From an uncultured Verrucomicrobiota bacterium (GTDB lineage: Bacteria; Verrucomicrobiota; CALLYA01), in the NCBI GenBank assembly GCA_937875495.1, contig CALLYA010000340.1, positions 1-62,033 of the forward strand: DNA of 62,033 nucleotides, written 5' to 3'. Below the pieces are notes generated by a model that was given only the letters and a program-made list of their open reading frames with translations, was not told the DNA's origin and did no database searches. This document shows, one piece after another, positions 28,623 through 39,240 of the stretch. A program made the position numbers and the translations under genes. Each line of letters opens with the position of its first letter. The stretch's first letter is position 1.

Positions 28623-29642
28623 TCAATCGTCTCCCATGTTCGCCGCCGAGGGGGTTTCGAGGAGGCTCGGATCGAACTTCATCCCCAATGACATTCCCAA
28701 ATCGGCGAGTTTATCTTTGATCTCGTTGAGGCTCTTTTTCCCGAAGTTGCGATACTTCAACATCTCGGACTCGGACTTCTGAGCCAATTCCCCGACCGTC
28801 GTGATGTTGGCGTTGTTCAAGCAGTTCGCGGCACGGACCGATAGTTCGATCTCGTTGACGCTCATGTTGAGCAGCTCCCGCAGCTTTTCGTCTTCCTCGT
28901 TGGTCTCCTCGATCTCTTCCTCAAACTCAATCATCGTTCGATCGAATTGTACGAAGACATCAAGGTGATGGCGCAGGATCGCGGAGGCCTGCGTCAAGGC
29001 ATCCTCAGGACTGACCCGCCCATCGGTCCAGATGTCAAGAATCAACTTGTCGTAGTCGGTCCGCTGACCAACCCGCGTATTCTCGACCAGATACCGAACA
29101 CGGCGAACTGGACTGAAGAGGCAGTCGATCGGGATGACGCTGATCGGCATCCCCTCGTACTTGTTGTGCTCTGCAGCCAAATAGCCTCGTCCAACCTTTG
29201 CCTCGAGTTCAGCCTGGAAGTCGCCCTCTTCCCCCAGCGTCGCAATGATGTGATCTCCGTTCAAGACCTCAACACCCGGTTCGGTGATGATGTCTTTGGC
29301 CAAGACCGAGCCGAGACGCTTCTTCACATCGATCCGAAGCTTGACAGGCTCGCGTGACTCCATGCGAAGGAGGACGCCCTTCAGGTTCAGGACAATGTCC
29401 GTCACGTCTTCGACGACACCAGGAAGGTGTGTGAATTCATGGAGAGCCCCCTCGAGACGGACCGTGGAAATGGCCGCCCCCTCGAGGCTCGACAACAATA
29501 CCCGACGCAGGGAATTGCCAAGCGTATGTCCATACCCGGCCTCAAACGGCTCGGCGATGAATCGTCCGTACGTTGCGCCGGCGTTTGCCTCGTCCTTTAC
29601 AAGACGACGAGGCATCTCAAATTTGCCCAATCGAACAGCCAT
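28623..29642 (-). CDS. rpoA: DNA-directed RNA polymerase subunit alpha
   Basis: 339 aa. Has the NTD (GHTLGNSLRRVLLSS) and the HhH alphaCTD (LSVRAANCLNNANITTVGEL). Confidence 0.97.
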   Translation of the reverse strand: MAVRLGKFEMPRRLVKDEANAGATYGRFIAEPFEAGYGHTLGNSLRRVLLSSLEGAAISTVRLEGALHEFTHLPGVVEDVTDIVLNLKGVLLRMESREPVKLRIDVKKRLGSVLAKDIITEPGVEVLNGDHIIATLGEEGDFQAELEAKVGRGYLAAEHNKYEGMPISVIPIDCLFSPVRRVRYLVENTRVGQRTDYDKLILDIWTDGRVSPEDALTQASAILRHHLDVFVQFDRTMIEFEEEIEETNEEDEKLRELLNMSVNEIELSVRAANCLNNANITTVGELAQKSESEMLKYRNFGKKSLNEIKDKLADLGMSLGMKFDPSLLETPSAANMGDD

Positions 29643-29717
29643 GGTTCGCGTCCTCCCTTACCCCTGTTCGCTCCAGGCGGGGGCGTCTCTGGTGGTGCGT
29701 GCGGTTCCCTGCCCGGT

Positions 29718-30326
29718 TTACCGAGAGTAGAATTCTACGATGACCCGCTCGTCCACGATCGGTTGGATCTGCTCGCGTGTCGGTTCGGATATAACTTTCC
29801 CACTCAGTTCGGCCGGGCTCGCCTGTAACCACTCCGGTACAGGGCGTGCCGTGGAGGCCTCAACGTTTTGGCGGGCGAGTTGTTGGCTGTTCTGCCGAGG
29901 ATTGATCTCAATCTCATCCCCGACCCGAACCTGGAACGAAGGGATGTTGACCCTTCGACCGTTCACTCGGATGTGCCCATGCGTGCACATCTGACGCGCA
30001 GCACGCCGCGTGGTGGCCAGTCCAAGCCGATAGACAACGTTGTCCAATCGCAGCTCGAGCAGAACCAACAAGGTCTCGCCCGTGATGCCACGCCGACGGT
30101 CCGCAGTCTCGTAGTACCTCCGGAATTGCTTCTCCTGGATCCCGTACATGAAACGGAGCTTCTGCTTCTCAGCCAACGCCAACGCGTAGTCGCTGACCTT
30201 GCGACGGAATCGCGGGCCGTGTTCTCCCGGAGGATAGGCCTTGCGTTCGAGGTATTTGTTGGGACCGAAGATCGGCGCGCCCAGTCTGCGGGCGATACGG
30301 TTTTTTGGACCTAAATAGCGTGACAT
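29718..30326 (-). CDS. rpsD: 30S ribosomal protein S4
   Basis: Start trimmed to ATG 30326 ([16 protein letters not shown]). Carries the S4 RNA-binding domain. Confidence 0.95.
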   Translation of the reverse strand: MSRYLGPKNRIARRLGAPIFGPNKYLERKAYPPGEHGPRFRRKVSDYALALAEKQKLRFMYGIQEKQFRRYYETADRRRGITGETLLVLLELRLDNVVYRLGLATTRRAARQMCTHGHIRVNGRRVNIPSFQVRVGDEIEINPRQNSQQLARQNVEASTARPVPEWLQASPAELSGKVISEPTREQIQPIVDERVIVEFYSR

Positions 30327-30386
30327 GACTTCTTTTTTACTCCCGGCAGGAACCCTTTTCCTGCACTCCAAACAAAAATAGGTTGA

Positions 30387-30827
30387 TCAGACACGCCGCC
30401 TCTTGGGAGGTCGGCACCCATTGTGCGGCATCGGGGTGACATCGCGGATGACCGTGATTTCATACCCTGCGGCTTGCAGTGCGCGAACCGCGGATTCACG
30501 TCCGGATCCAGGGCCCTTCACCCGAACTTCCAACTCCCGCATTCCATGACCATAGGCTGTGCGCGCAGCAGTCTGCGCCGCGACCTGCGCGGCAAATGCC
30601 GTGCTTTTGCGAGAGCCGCGGAACCCTTCCTTGCCGCCGGTTGACCAACTGATCACATTGCCGTTCATATCGGTAATCGTGACGATCGTATTGTTGAAGG
30701 TCGATACGACATACGCGATTCCAGAATGAATGTTCTTACTGCCCTTGACCCGCTCCACCTTCTGTTCGGTGGGCTTGGTTCCGAGCAGATCCTCTGCTGT
30801 AGGATTGATGACGCCTTCTTCAGCCAT
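30387..30827 (-). CDS. rpsK: 30S ribosomal protein S11
   Basis: [30 protein letters not shown] core. ATG 30827 behind GAAAGGCGAAGG (the ORF-track start is TTG 30848). Confidence 0.93.
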   Translation of the reverse strand: MAEEGVINPTAEDLLGTKPTEQKVERVKGSKNIHSGIAYVVSTFNNTIVTITDMNGNVISWSTGGKEGFRGSRKSTAFAAQVAAQTAARTAYGHGMRELEVRVKGPGSGRESAVRALQAAGYEITVIRDVTPMPHNGCRPPKRRRV

Positions 30828-30885
30828 TCCCGTACCTTCGCCTTTCAAAGTGTACCAACAGTCCGTTCACTTATGCCGCACCAGC

Positions 30886-31287
30886 CTATTTGCCGGTACG
30901 CAACGCGGCACGGGCCGCCTTGTCTCGAATCACGCCGACCGTGCGGCGTGCACCCTTGCGGGAGCGCGCATTGGTCTTCGTACGCTGTCCACGCACCGGC
31001 AGTCCGCGCCGATGCCGCAAGCCCCGATAGCACCCGATGGTCATCAGGCGCTTGATGTTTTGAGTGACCTCTCTACGAAGATCTCCCTCAACCACGTAGT
31101 CGCGCTGGATGATTTGGGTGATGGCGCGCACTTGAGCGTCGTCCAAATCCTGTGCCCGAGTGGCCGGGTCCAATTCGAGTTTTTGAACGATCTCCGCCGC
31201 AAGGGCAGGACCGATTCCATAGATGTAACGAAGCGAATACTCGACCCGCTTGTTGCCCGGTATGTCAACTCCCAAAATTCTCGGCAT
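30886..31287 (-). CDS. rpsM: 30S ribosomal protein S13
   Basis: [27 protein letters not shown]-terminus. Confidence 0.95.
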   Translation of the reverse strand: MPRILGVDIPGNKRVEYSLRYIYGIGPALAAEIVQKLELDPATRAQDLDDAQVRAITQIIQRDYVVEGDLRREVTQNIKRLMTIGCYRGLRHRRGLPVRGQRTKTNARSRKGARRTVGVIRDKAARAALRTGK

Positions 31288-31307
31288 CTCTTCTCACTCC
31301 TCGCTGA

Positions 31308-31421
31308 TCAACCCTGCCGTTGCTTGTGGCGGGGATTGGTGCAGATCACATAGATGGTCCCACCCCGCCGAACGACCTTACAGCTCGCACAAATTCTGCG
31401 CACCGATGCTTTTACCTTCAT
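31308..31421 (-). CDS. rpmJ: 50S ribosomal protein L36 (Zn-ribbon type)
   Basis: Hand-translated, as it is below the ORF-track cut-off: [37 protein letters not shown], stop TGA at 31310-31308. The ATG overlaps the infA stop (ATGA). Confidence 0.9.
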   Translation of the reverse strand: MKVKASVRRICASCKVVRRGGTIYVICTNPRHKQRQG

Positions 31422-31657
31422 GAATCGTTCTCCCCGGTTTCTCCCGGTAGGGCGCTGAGCCGCCCACTTGTCATGTCAAATGGTCGAAGTTCTACCATCA
31501 CCTGCATCCCCGCATGCCAACCCTTCGCCATCGCTCGGCAAGCGGTGATCGGATGCCCGATGACCCGGTGGCCGTTGGGCAGCCTGACCTGAAAAATTCC
31601 TGGTCGCACCTCGTCTTCGATGCAGCCATCTATTCGAATGGGGTCTTCAGCGGGCAC
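31418..31657 (-). CDS. infA: translation initiation factor IF-1 (divergent)
   Basis: S1-like OB fold: [29 protein letters not shown]...[17 protein letters not shown] start. Located in the canonical map-infA-rpmJ slot. Confidence 0.7.
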   Translation of the reverse strand: MPAEDPIRIDGCIEDEVRPGIFQVRLPNGHRVIGHPITACRAMAKGWHAGMQVMVELRPFDMTSGRLSALPGETGENDS

Positions 31658-32394
31658 GTCAAAATCTCCGGCTCGCCATCGGTCACCACAATCGTGTTCT
31701 CAAAATGAGCGGAGGGCCGGCCATCGGCCGTCACCACCGTCCACTGATCGTCCAAGGTCTTGACCGCGGCCACGCCCATGTTCACCATGGGCTCAATCGC
31801 CAGGGTCATTCCCGCCTTCAATCGGGGCCCTCGCCCCGCCGGCCCATAGTTCGGAATCTGCGGCTCCTCGTGCATGTTGCGCCCAACCCCATGCCCGACG
31901 TACTCGCGCACGACGCTGAACCCACGCGCCACCACATACTCTTCGACGGCATGCGAAATGTCGCCGATGCGATTGCCGACCCGTGCCGCGGCAATCCCCG
32001 CAGCCAACGAACCCGCCGTCGCCGCCAGCAAAAGCTCGACCTCCGGAACCGTGTTCCCTACCGCGACCGTACGGGCGTTGTCGCCCACCCAGCCACGATA
32101 CACCACCCCGACGTCGATGCTGACCACATCGCCCGCATGAATCACCCGGTCACCCGGGATTCCATGAACCACCTCGTCATTGACCGAGACACAGATGTGG
32201 CCCGGGTATCCGTGGTACCCTAAAAAAGCGCTCTTCGCCCCGAGTTCCGCGATCTGCTCCGCCGCATATTGATCCAGTTCCCCCGTCGTGATCCCGGGAC
32301 GCACCCAGCGCACCACTCGCGAGAGAACCTCCGCAGCCCGCTCACAGGCCGGGCGCATCTCTTCAATCTCAGCCGCTGTCTTTCGGATGATCAA
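31630..32394 (-). CDS. map: type I methionine aminopeptidase
   Basis: 254 aa with MetAP-I metal-ligand regions (DVVSIDVGV, GHGVG, LAIEP). TTG start behind GGAGGAGGG. Confidence 0.92.
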   Translation of the reverse strand: MIIRKTAAEIEEMRPACERAAEVLSRVVRWVRPGITTGELDQYAAEQIAELGAKSAFLGYHGYPGHICVSVNDEVVHGIPGDRVIHAGDVVSIDVGVVYRGWVGDNARTVAVGNTVPEVELLLAATAGSLAAGIAAARVGNRIGDISHAVEEYVVARGFSVVREYVGHGVGRNMHEEPQIPNYGPAGRGPRLKAGMTLAIEPMVNMGVAAVKTLDDQWTVVTADGRPSAHFENTIVVTDGEPEILTCPLKTPFE

Positions 32395-32497
32395 TTCCTA
32401 CCCTCCTCCACCAGAGGACGAATCCTCCGTGTCCGTGGATGGAGGTCCATTCCTTGAAACTCGTTCAGCGTAAAACGCTCCATTTTACTCGATATCA

Positions 32498-32542
32498 GCC
32501 AAAATGCAAGGAATGAACCGCCTCCCGCAGGCAGCGGGAGGC
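32498..32542 (-). terminator. possible terminator/attenuator after secY
   Basis: 9-bp stem GCCTCCCGC/GCGGGAGGC (32520-32542), followed on the minus strand by GGTTCATTCCTTGCATTTTGG. The U tract is interrupted. Confidence 0.35.
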
Positions 32543-32596
32543 AGTGTGCGGAAACCGGAGGATCTCGAAGATCTCAAGCCCTTGATTGCTCAGATC

Positions 32597-33958
32597 TCAG
32601 AATCGGCCCCGGAGTTTGCCTCGTTTCAAAAATCCGTCGTAATGCCGCGTCAAGAGATGACTCTCGATCTGCCGCATGGTGTCTAGCATGACACCCACAA
32701 TAATCAACAGCCCGGTGCCGCCGAAGAAACTGGCGACCAGATACGGGATGTTGAACTGCTGAGACAGCAAGGTCGGTGCAACCGCGATCACCGTGAGGAA
32801 GATCGCGCCCGCAAGCGTGATCCGCGTCATGACATGGTTGAGGAAGTCGGCAGTCGGCTTTCCCGGACGCACCCCGGGGATGTAGCCGCCATACTTCTTC
32901 AGGTCGTCGGCGATCTGAATCGGATTGAACTGCGTTGCGACCCAGAAAAAGGAAAAGAACATGATCAGGGTGGTGTAGAGGATGTACCACCAGGCATGCC
33001 CCGGTGAAATGGCCGTGGCCACCGCCTGCAAGGCTCCTCCCTTGCTGATCCACCCGATGATCTTGTAAGGGAACATCATCAACGCATCCGCGAAGATGAT
33101 CGGCATCACACCCGCATAGTTGATCCGCAGCGGCAGGAACGTGTTCTGACCACCGTACATCTTACGCCCGACCACACGTTTTGCATATTGGACCGGAATC
33201 TTCCGCTCCGCTTGCGTGATCGCTACGATTCCCATGATGATGATCGGGATCAACACCAACATCAGGATCCCCTTGGCAGGGTTGTGTGCCGCCTGCTGAC
33301 CGCCACCGGGGAAAAACATCGTGACCGCCTGCATAATCGCTCCCGGCAGCCGCGCGATGATATTCACCGTGATGATCAGAGAGATGCCGTTACCGATCCC
33401 TCGCGCCGTAATCTGCTCGCCCAACCACATCAGTAAGACGGTTCCCGCAGTCAGGCAGGTCACCGCCAGGATCTGAAAACCCATTCCCGGGTTCGGAACC
33501 AATCCCGGCAACGCGGCGCCGAACAAATCCTCAGGGTGCTGCAAGGCGTAAGCGAGCATCCAGCCTTGGATCACGCAGAGCGCGACCGTCAGATACCGCC
33601 CGAATTGGATCAGCTTTTGCCGCCCGGAATCGCCTTCGCGCGCCATCCGTTCGAGACTGGGTATCACCGGGGTCAGAAGTTGCAGGATAATGGTGGCGCT
33701 GATGTACGGCATGATGCCCAGCGCGAACACCGCGGCCTGCTCAATCGCGCCGCCGCTGAAGAGGTTGAACAGCGTCAACACACCCCCGGTGCTGCTCTGC
33801 TGTTCGATTTGAGAGATGAAATCGCTGAGAACTCCTGCATTCACGCCCGGTACCGGAATGTTCGCACCAAGGCGACACACAGCTACAAGACCGAACGTAA
33901 ACAGTATTCGTTCCCGCAATTCAGGGATCTTAAATGAATCTCGAAATGCCGATAGCAT
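32597..33958 (-). CDS. secY: preprotein translocase subunit SecY
   Basis: 453 aa with ten TM segments. N-terminus LRERILFTFGLVAVCRLGANIPVPGV. Confidence 0.97.
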   Translation of the reverse strand: MLSAFRDSFKIPELRERILFTFGLVAVCRLGANIPVPGVNAGVLSDFISQIEQQSSTGGVLTLFNLFSGGAIEQAAVFALGIMPYISATIILQLLTPVIPSLERMAREGDSGRQKLIQFGRYLTVALCVIQGWMLAYALQHPEDLFGAALPGLVPNPGMGFQILAVTCLTAGTVLLMWLGEQITARGIGNGISLIITVNIIARLPGAIMQAVTMFFPGGGQQAAHNPAKGILMLVLIPIIIMGIVAITQAERKIPVQYAKRVVGRKMYGGQNTFLPLRINYAGVMPIIFADALMMFPYKIIGWISKGGALQAVATAISPGHAWWYILYTTLIMFFSFFWVATQFNPIQIADDLKKYGGYIPGVRPGKPTADFLNHVMTRITLAGAIFLTVIAVAPTLLSQQFNIPYLVASFFGGTGLLIIVGVMLDTMRQIESHLLTRHYDGFLKRGKLRGRF

Positions 33959-34090
33959 GGGACCGACCTCATGGTGTCCGAGTTTGGCATCAGGATCCGG
34001 CCGGTCCTATTGTGCTTGGAACCGATTCCCGGGTAATCCAGTGCCCGCTTCGCCTGACCGTACCACCTTACCCCAACTCAACCGCGACTC

Positions 34091-34549
34091 TTACCGAGCG
34101 CCTTTCGTAGAGGCCACTTCGCAGGTGCCTCCGGCGGCTTCGATCTTCTCTCGCGCAGTCTTCGTGAAGGCTGTCGCGATGACGGTGAGCTTTCGCTCTA
34201 AAGTGCCATCGCCCAGAATTTTTACTCCATCGCGCCCCTGCCTGACAAGCCGCGCCGCCCGCAAGGCGTCGTAATCGACCGTCGTCTGATCCTCAAAGCG
34301 ATTCAGGTCCGAGACGTTCAAGACGACATACTCGAACCGGTTCGGCTTCTTGAACCCGCGCTTCGGCAGCTGACGGATCAAAGGCATCTGACCACCTTCG
34401 AACCCAAGCCGCTGAGAATGCCCGGAGCGTTGGCCCGCGCCCTTGTGGCCTCGCCCGGATGTCTTTCCGGTGCCGCTGCCAGGCCCGCGACCGACACGCT
34501 TCCGATTCTTGGCGGTGTTGCCGTTCTGACCTAACTTGTGAAGTTCCAT
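34091..34549 (-). CDS. rplO: 50S ribosomal protein L15
   Basis: Start trimmed to ATG 34549 (MELHKL..KRVGRGPGSGTGKTSGRGHKG) behind CAAGGAG. Confidence 0.93.
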   Translation of the reverse strand: MELHKLGQNGNTAKNRKRVGRGPGSGTGKTSGRGHKGAGQRSGHSQRLGFEGGQMPLIRQLPKRGFKKPNRFEYVVLNVSDLNRFEDQTTVDYDALRAARLVRQGRDGVKILGDGTLERKLTVIATAFTKTAREKIEAAGGTCEVASTKGAR

Positions 34550-34637
34550 GAATCTACTCACTCCTTGAGCGGAAAATAGGTTTCGGGTGCGCACACAGGT
34601 AACGATCAAAGACCGGAACCTGGCCCACCCGATCGCA

Positions 34638-35126
34638 CTAGGATTGCGCCTTGCGCATCGCCATCACATCTTTGCGCGAACGCAACTCGTTCAAGGCCTT
34701 CATCGTCGCCTTGGCGAGGTTGATGGGATTGCTGGATCCGAGAGACTTGGAGAGCAAGTCACGGATTCCAACCGATTCGCATACCGCCCGAACTGCACCG
34801 CCCGCAATGACACCCGTACCGGCCGAGGCCGGCCGCAAGAGGACCTTTGCACCGTCGAATTCGGCAAGGATCTCGTGCGGGATCGTAGTGCCATCCAGGT
34901 TTACCCGCGTCAGGCCGCGGCGGGCCAATTCAGATCCCTTTCGGATCGCGTCTGCGACTTCGTTGGCCTTGCCAAACCCAATCCCGACACGACCCTCGCG
35001 ATCCCCGGCGACAACCAGGGCGCTGAAGCTGAAACGGCGTCCGCCCTTAACCACTTTTGCGCAGCGGTTGACGGCGACAACCTTTTCTTCGATCTCGTCG
35101 AAAGTTTCCTGTTCCCTTTTAGCCAC
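34638..35126 (-). CDS. rpsE: 30S ribosomal protein S5
   Basis: [27 protein letters not shown] core. Confidence 0.95.
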   Translation of the reverse strand: MAKREQETFDEIEEKVVAVNRCAKVVKGGRRFSFSALVVAGDREGRVGIGFGKANEVADAIRKGSELARRGLTRVNLDGTTIPHEILAEFDGAKVLLRPASAGTGVIAGGAVRAVCESVGIRDLLSKSLGSSNPINLAKATMKALNELRSRKDVMAMRKAQS

Positions 35127-35189
35127 GAAAGACTCCTGGGTTGGATGAGGGCCCGAACCATCCGGCCGGGCGACCTTCCAAAATAGTTG

Positions 35190-35558
35190 CTAAAATTCCA
35201 GCCCGCATTCCCTTGCAGCATCGCCGATGGCCCTTACCCGGCCGTGGTAGGGAAACCCACCACGATCGAAAACCACCGTCTTTACGTCCGCTTTGAGCGC
35301 CCGCTCCGCAGCAATCTTGCCCAGGCGTGCTGCGCCCGGAAGATTGGCCTTGTTCGCGTCACCGCTCTTGAACTCCGCCGATAGAGTGCTCGCCGACGCC
35401 AGCGTTCGTCCCGCCACGTCGTCTATGAACTGGATGTAAATATGCTTTCCGGTACAGCACACGCTCATGCGGGGCCGATCCGCGGTCCCGCGGATCTTTC
35501 TCCGGATCCTGAGATGACGCCTTACCCGGCTTTCTATGCGTTTGTTGACCTTCTTCAT
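35190..35558 (-). CDS. rplR: 50S ribosomal protein L18
   Basis: [29 protein letters not shown] pattern. Confidence 0.95.
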   Translation of the reverse strand: MKKVNKRIESRVRRHLRIRRKIRGTADRPRMSVCCTGKHIYIQFIDDVAGRTLASASTLSAEFKSGDANKANLPGAARLGKIAAERALKADVKTVVFDRGGFPYHGRVRAIGDAARECGLEF

Positions 35559-35606
35559 GAATTCATAACCCCCGCGGCCACGGGACCGCCAAAAGCCATA
35601 CCTGTA

Positions 35607-36143
35607 TTAGGCTCCGGCCTTGCCTTCCTTGCGCCGCACATACTCGCCAACATACCGAATGCCTTTGCCCTTGTAGGGCTCAGGCGGGTAATAGCGTCGA
35701 ATCTTTGCGGCGGTCTCCCCGACCACCTGCTTGTCCGCGCCACTCACTGTGATCTTTGTGTTCTCGGCGACCTCGATCTGAATGCCGTCGGGTGCTGGGA
35801 ATTCAACAGGGTGGCTGAATCCGAGGCTCAGATTCAGGACGTTGTCCTTGACCTGTGCGCGGTATCCAACGCCCTGGATCTCCAGCCGCTTGACGTACCC
35901 TTGGGTGACGCCCTCTATCATGTTGGCAATCAGCGAACGACCGAGTCCGTGTTGCGCCCGGGCCTGCCTTGTTGCATTCACCGGTGTGACATGCAGCGTG
36001 CCGTCCTCCTCCGCAAGGTTCACCAACGGTGGTAACGCCAAGGTCAGACTGCCTTTCGGACCGTCTACCTGGACCTCACGGTTCTCGATCTTAACCTGAA
36101 CACCCCCCGGTACGGGGATCGGTAATTTACCAATTCTGGACAT
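35607..36143 (-). CDS. rplF: 50S ribosomal protein L6
   Basis: MSRIGKLPIPVPGGVQV N-terminus and a two-domain L6 pattern. Confidence 0.95.
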   Translation of the reverse strand: MSRIGKLPIPVPGGVQVKIENREVQVDGPKGSLTLALPPLVNLAEEDGTLHVTPVNATRQARAQHGLGRSLIANMIEGVTQGYVKRLEIQGVGYRAQVKDNVLNLSLGFSHPVEFPAPDGIQIEVAENTKITVSGADKQVVGETAAKIRRYYPPEPYKGKGIRYVGEYVRRKEGKAGA

Positions 36144-36159
36144 CTGCTACTCCTCCCCG

Positions 36160-36564
36160 CTACCACACCTGCGCCAGCACTTCACCGCCGATGCCACGCT
36201 TGCGGGCCTCCTGTCCGGTCATCAATCCTTGCGATGTCGAGATGATGGCAATTCCCATACCGCCCAAGACGCGAGGAATCTCCGTCTTGTTGACGTATTT
36301 GCGAATGCCCGGCTTGCTCACCCGACGCAGACCGTTGAGGACCTGCTTGGGTTTGCGCCCACCGACATACTTCAAATTGATGATCAAGGTCTGGCCCGGC
36401 GAAGCCGGCTCGACACGATAGCCGCTCACAAAACCCTGCTCTTTGAGCAGCTTTGCCACTTGCTCCTTGAGCTTTGAGTGGGGCATGGCGACTTCTTCGT
36501 GAAACTGACTGTTGGCATTGCGGATACGAGTCAGCATGTCCGCAATGGGATCGCTCATACTCAT
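36160..36564 (-). CDS. rpsH: 30S ribosomal protein S8
   Basis: DPIADMLTRIRNA motif and C-terminal GGEVLAQVW. Confidence 0.95.
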   Translation of the reverse strand: MSMSDPIADMLTRIRNANSQFHEEVAMPHSKLKEQVAKLLKEQGFVSGYRVEPASPGQTLIINLKYVGGRKPKQVLNGLRRVSKPGIRKYVNKTEIPRVLGGMGIAIISTSQGLMTGQEARKRGIGGEVLAQVW

Positions 36565-36592
36565 GTCCGGTCCCTCTCTTTACATTGGCCCC

Positions 36593-36778
36593 TTACCAGC
36601 TGGCCTTGGTTACTCCAGGAAGCTTACCCTGGCTGGCCAGTTCCCGAAAGCAGATGCGGCAGAGTTGAAACCGTCGCATGTACGCCCGGGGCCGGCCACA
36701 GGCACGGCAGCGGTTGTAGGATTGGGCGGAAAACTTGGGCTTTCGATTCGCCCGGGCAATCAGCGCCTTTTTTGCCAC
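36593..36778 (-). CDS. rpsN: 30S ribosomal protein S14, short zinc-binding (type Z) form
   Basis: GTG 36778 behind GGAAGGGA gives 61 aa: [33 protein letters not shown] (CxxC...CxxC). Confidence 0.9.
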   Translation of the reverse strand: MAKKALIARANRKPKFSAQSYNRCRACGRPRAYMRRFQLCRICFRELASQGKLPGVTKASW

Positions 36779-36872
36779 TGTTCTGTCCCTTCCATTAAAT
36801 GTGTTTCGCCGAAGCACCACCGCTCACCTGCGTGCGCCATGGTCGCTTCGTGCGCCCACCCGTTGGTCACCC

Positions 36873-37445
36873 TCAGGCAGCCGCGGTTTCGTCCGAACCG
36901 GTGTTGGATTCGGCCTTCTTAAACGGCATCCCGATCAGCGTAAGCAGTTCGAGCGCCTCCGCATCCGTGCCAGCCGTCGTGACGATGGTAATGTTCATCC
37001 CCTGAGTCCGCTTGACCTTGTCTAGATCGATCTCAGGGAAAATGGTCTGATCCACGATCCCTAGGCTGTAACTCCCACGCCCATCAAAGGCCGTGGAGGG
37101 TATGCCGCGGAAGTCGCGAACGCGCGGTAAGGCGATGTTGATCAGCCGATCCAAAAAATCCCACATCCGTTGTCCACGGAGCGTGACCTTGCAGCCGATC
37201 GCGTTGCCTTCGCGAAGCTTGAAGTTCGCAATGCTCTTGCGAGCCTTGGTGATGACGGGGCGCTGTCCGGTGATTTGGCCCATCTCGAGAGCCGCCTGCT
37301 CCAAATCCGCCTTGTCATGCCGGGTGCCAACACCCATGTTCAAGACCACCTTGGTGAGTCGAGGAACTTGGTGGTTGTTTTTGTAGTTCAGGCGCGTTTT
37401 CAGCTCCGAAACCACTTCGTTTTGGTATTTTTCCTTTAAGGACAT
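36873..37445 (-). CDS. rplE: 50S ribosomal protein L5
   Basis: [39 protein letters not shown]-terminus. Confidence 0.95.
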   Translation of the reverse strand: MSLKEKYQNEVVSELKTRLNYKNNHQVPRLTKVVLNMGVGTRHDKADLEQAALEMGQITGQRPVITKARKSIANFKLREGNAIGCKVTLRGQRMWDFLDRLINIALPRVRDFRGIPSTAFDGRGSYSLGIVDQTIFPEIDLDKVKRTQGMNITIVTTAGTDAEALELLTLIGMPFKKAESNTGSDETAAA

Positions 37446-37478
37446 TTAAAATCTCCTGTGGGACCTGAAACAGCGTCG

Positions 37479-37760
37479 CTATTTCTGCCCCTGACCCGTC
37501 CTGCGCGCTTCCCACTCGGAGGCTTTCATGACGTTGGACGCATGGACCGGTGCTTCCCGATCCACCAACCCACCCGCCTGAGTCCCAGTCGGCCGAAGGG
37601 CCTTCTTGACCAGATTCACACCCTCGATCAGGACCCGTTGGCGCTCGGGATACACGGCCAGAATCTTTCCCCGCTTGCCGCGTTCCTCTCCCGCGATCAC
37701 GACCACTTCATCGCCTCGGCGGACGTGTACTTTTCGTGGCGAATTCCTGCGCTTTGCCAT
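37479..37760 (-). CDS. rplX: 50S ribosomal protein L24
   Basis: KOW motif VRRGDEVVVIAGEERGKRGKI. Confidence 0.93.
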   Translation of the reverse strand: MAKRRNSPRKVHVRRGDEVVVIAGEERGKRGKILAVYPERQRVLIEGVNLVKKALRPTGTQAGGLVDREAPVHASNVMKASEWEARRTGQGQK

Positions 37761-37761
37761 G

Positions 37762-38127
37762 TCAAATCACCTCCGGAGCGAGCGAAACAATTTTCATGTA
37801 GTTGCGCTCACGCAACTCGCGGGCAACCGGTCCGAAGATACGGGTACCGCGAGGATTGCCCTGGTCGTCGATGATCACAACTGCATTTTTGTCAAAGCGC
37901 AGCACGGATCCATCAGCCCGCCGAATCGGCGCACTGGTGCGCACAACCACGGCCTTGACCAATTCCTTGCGCTTCACAACGCCATTCGGGCTTGCCACCT
38001 TGACGGCCGCACGAATCACATCTCCGACCGCTGCATACTGTTTGCGTTGGCCGAGCACCCGAACACAAGAGACCTCTTTCGCCCCCGTGTTGTCTGCCAC
38101 TACAAGCCTTGTTTCCATCTGGATCAT
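37762..38127 (-). CDS. rplN: 50S ribosomal protein L14
   Basis: [22 protein letters not shown] 38127 behind AAGGAGG (the ORF-track start 38130 is TTG). Confidence 0.95.
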   Translation of the reverse strand: MIQMETRLVVADNTGAKEVSCVRVLGQRKQYAAVGDVIRAAVKVASPNGVVKRKELVKAVVVRTSAPIRRADGSVLRFDKNAVVIIDDQGNPRGTRIFGPVARELRERNYMKIVSLAPEVI

Positions 38128-38167
38128 CAAGGCACCTCCTTAAAACCCAAAGCCAGTTCCAGCGGAA

Positions 38168-38434
38168 CTAGTGGGATAAAATCTTCACCAGCCGCCAGCA
38201 CTTGGTTTTGCTCAAGGGCCGCGTCTCCATGATCCGGACCCGGTCACCGACTTTGGCCTGGCCGTCCTCGTCGTGCACCGCAAACTTGGTCGTCAGGCGG
38301 ACGACCTTTTCATAGAGCGGATGACGCACATGGCGGTCGACACGGACTACAATGGTCTTGTCCATCCGGTCGCTGACCACGACCCCCACCCGCTGCTTCC
38401 GCAGCTTCCGCTGTTTTTCAGGTTGTTCGGTCAT
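38168..38434 (-). CDS. rpsQ: 30S ribosomal protein S17
   Basis: [30 protein letters not shown] core. Confidence 0.95.
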   Translation of the reverse strand: MTEQPEKQRKLRKQRVGVVVSDRMDKTIVVRVDRHVRHPLYEKVVRLTTKFAVHDEDGQAKVGDRVRIMETRPLSKTKCWRLVKILSH

Positions 38435-38509
38435 CGTCTTTCTGTCCCGGTTTCTTTCCGGGCCTCCACGAACGTCTTTTCATTTACCGACGTGATCGGC
38501 GAACCGTTG

Positions 38510-38737
38510 CTAGGCGACAGTCGATCCCGCAATTTGCCGTGCACGTTGAATTCCCTTGATGCGCGCCACTTCGCGCCGGGCGAGACGCAACCGAATCGGG
38601 TTTTCAATCTGCCCGTTTTCCTGTTGCATCCGAAGGTTCAGGATTTCTTGCCTGAGGTCCCGCTCGGTTCTGGCGAGTTCATCATCCGTTAATTCCCGCA
38701 GGTCACCCGCGGTCTTCAAATTTTTCATTGGATTCAC
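38510..38737 (-). CDS. rpmC: 50S ribosomal protein L29
   Basis: LRELTDDELARTERDLRQEILNLRMQ pattern. The start could instead be the ATG at 38728. Confidence 0.9.
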   Translation of the reverse strand: MNPMKNLKTAGDLRELTDDELARTERDLRQEILNLRMQQENGQIENPIRLRLARREVARIKGIQRARQIAGSTVA

Positions 38738-38763
38738 ACTCCCTGTCTTCCAGGCTGCCGGAC

Positions 38764-39186
38764 TCAGGTGATGACACTGTGACGAGTCACAAACCTGGTC
38801 TTGACCGGCAGCTTGGCCGCCGCAAGACGCAGAGATTCGCGGGCGAGACTCTCAGGAACCCCGTCCAACTCGAACATCATCGTGCCGGGACGGACGGTGG
38901 CAGCCCAAAATTCAGGCGCACCCTTTCCTTTTCCCATCCGGGTCTCAGCCGGTTTCTTGGAAATCGGCTTGTGCGGGAAGATCCGAATCCAGACCTTACC
39001 GCGACGGCGCATGCTGCGGGTCATCGCAATACGAGCGGCTTCAATCTGCGTTGCGGTGATCCAACCCCGCCCCAAACATTGCAGGCCATACTCACCGAAG
39101 CTGACGGCGTTGCCGCGATTGGCGTCACCGGCCCGGCTGCCCCGCTGTTGCTTGCGGTGCTTTACCCGCTTTGGCATCAGTGGCAT
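38764..39186 (-). CDS. rplP: 50S ribosomal protein L16
   Basis: [14 protein letters not shown]-terminus and [10 protein letters not shown] motif. Confidence 0.95.
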   Translation of the reverse strand: MPLMPKRVKHRKQQRGSRAGDANRGNAVSFGEYGLQCLGRGWITATQIEAARIAMTRSMRRRGKVWIRIFPHKPISKKPAETRMGKGKGAPEFWAATVRPGTMMFELDGVPESLARESLRLAAAKLPVKTRFVTRHSVIT

Positions 39187-39240
39187 TGAATTTCCCCTTT
39201 CGGCAGGAGCCCGTTCGGCCCCCGTCTTCCCTTAAAATGG

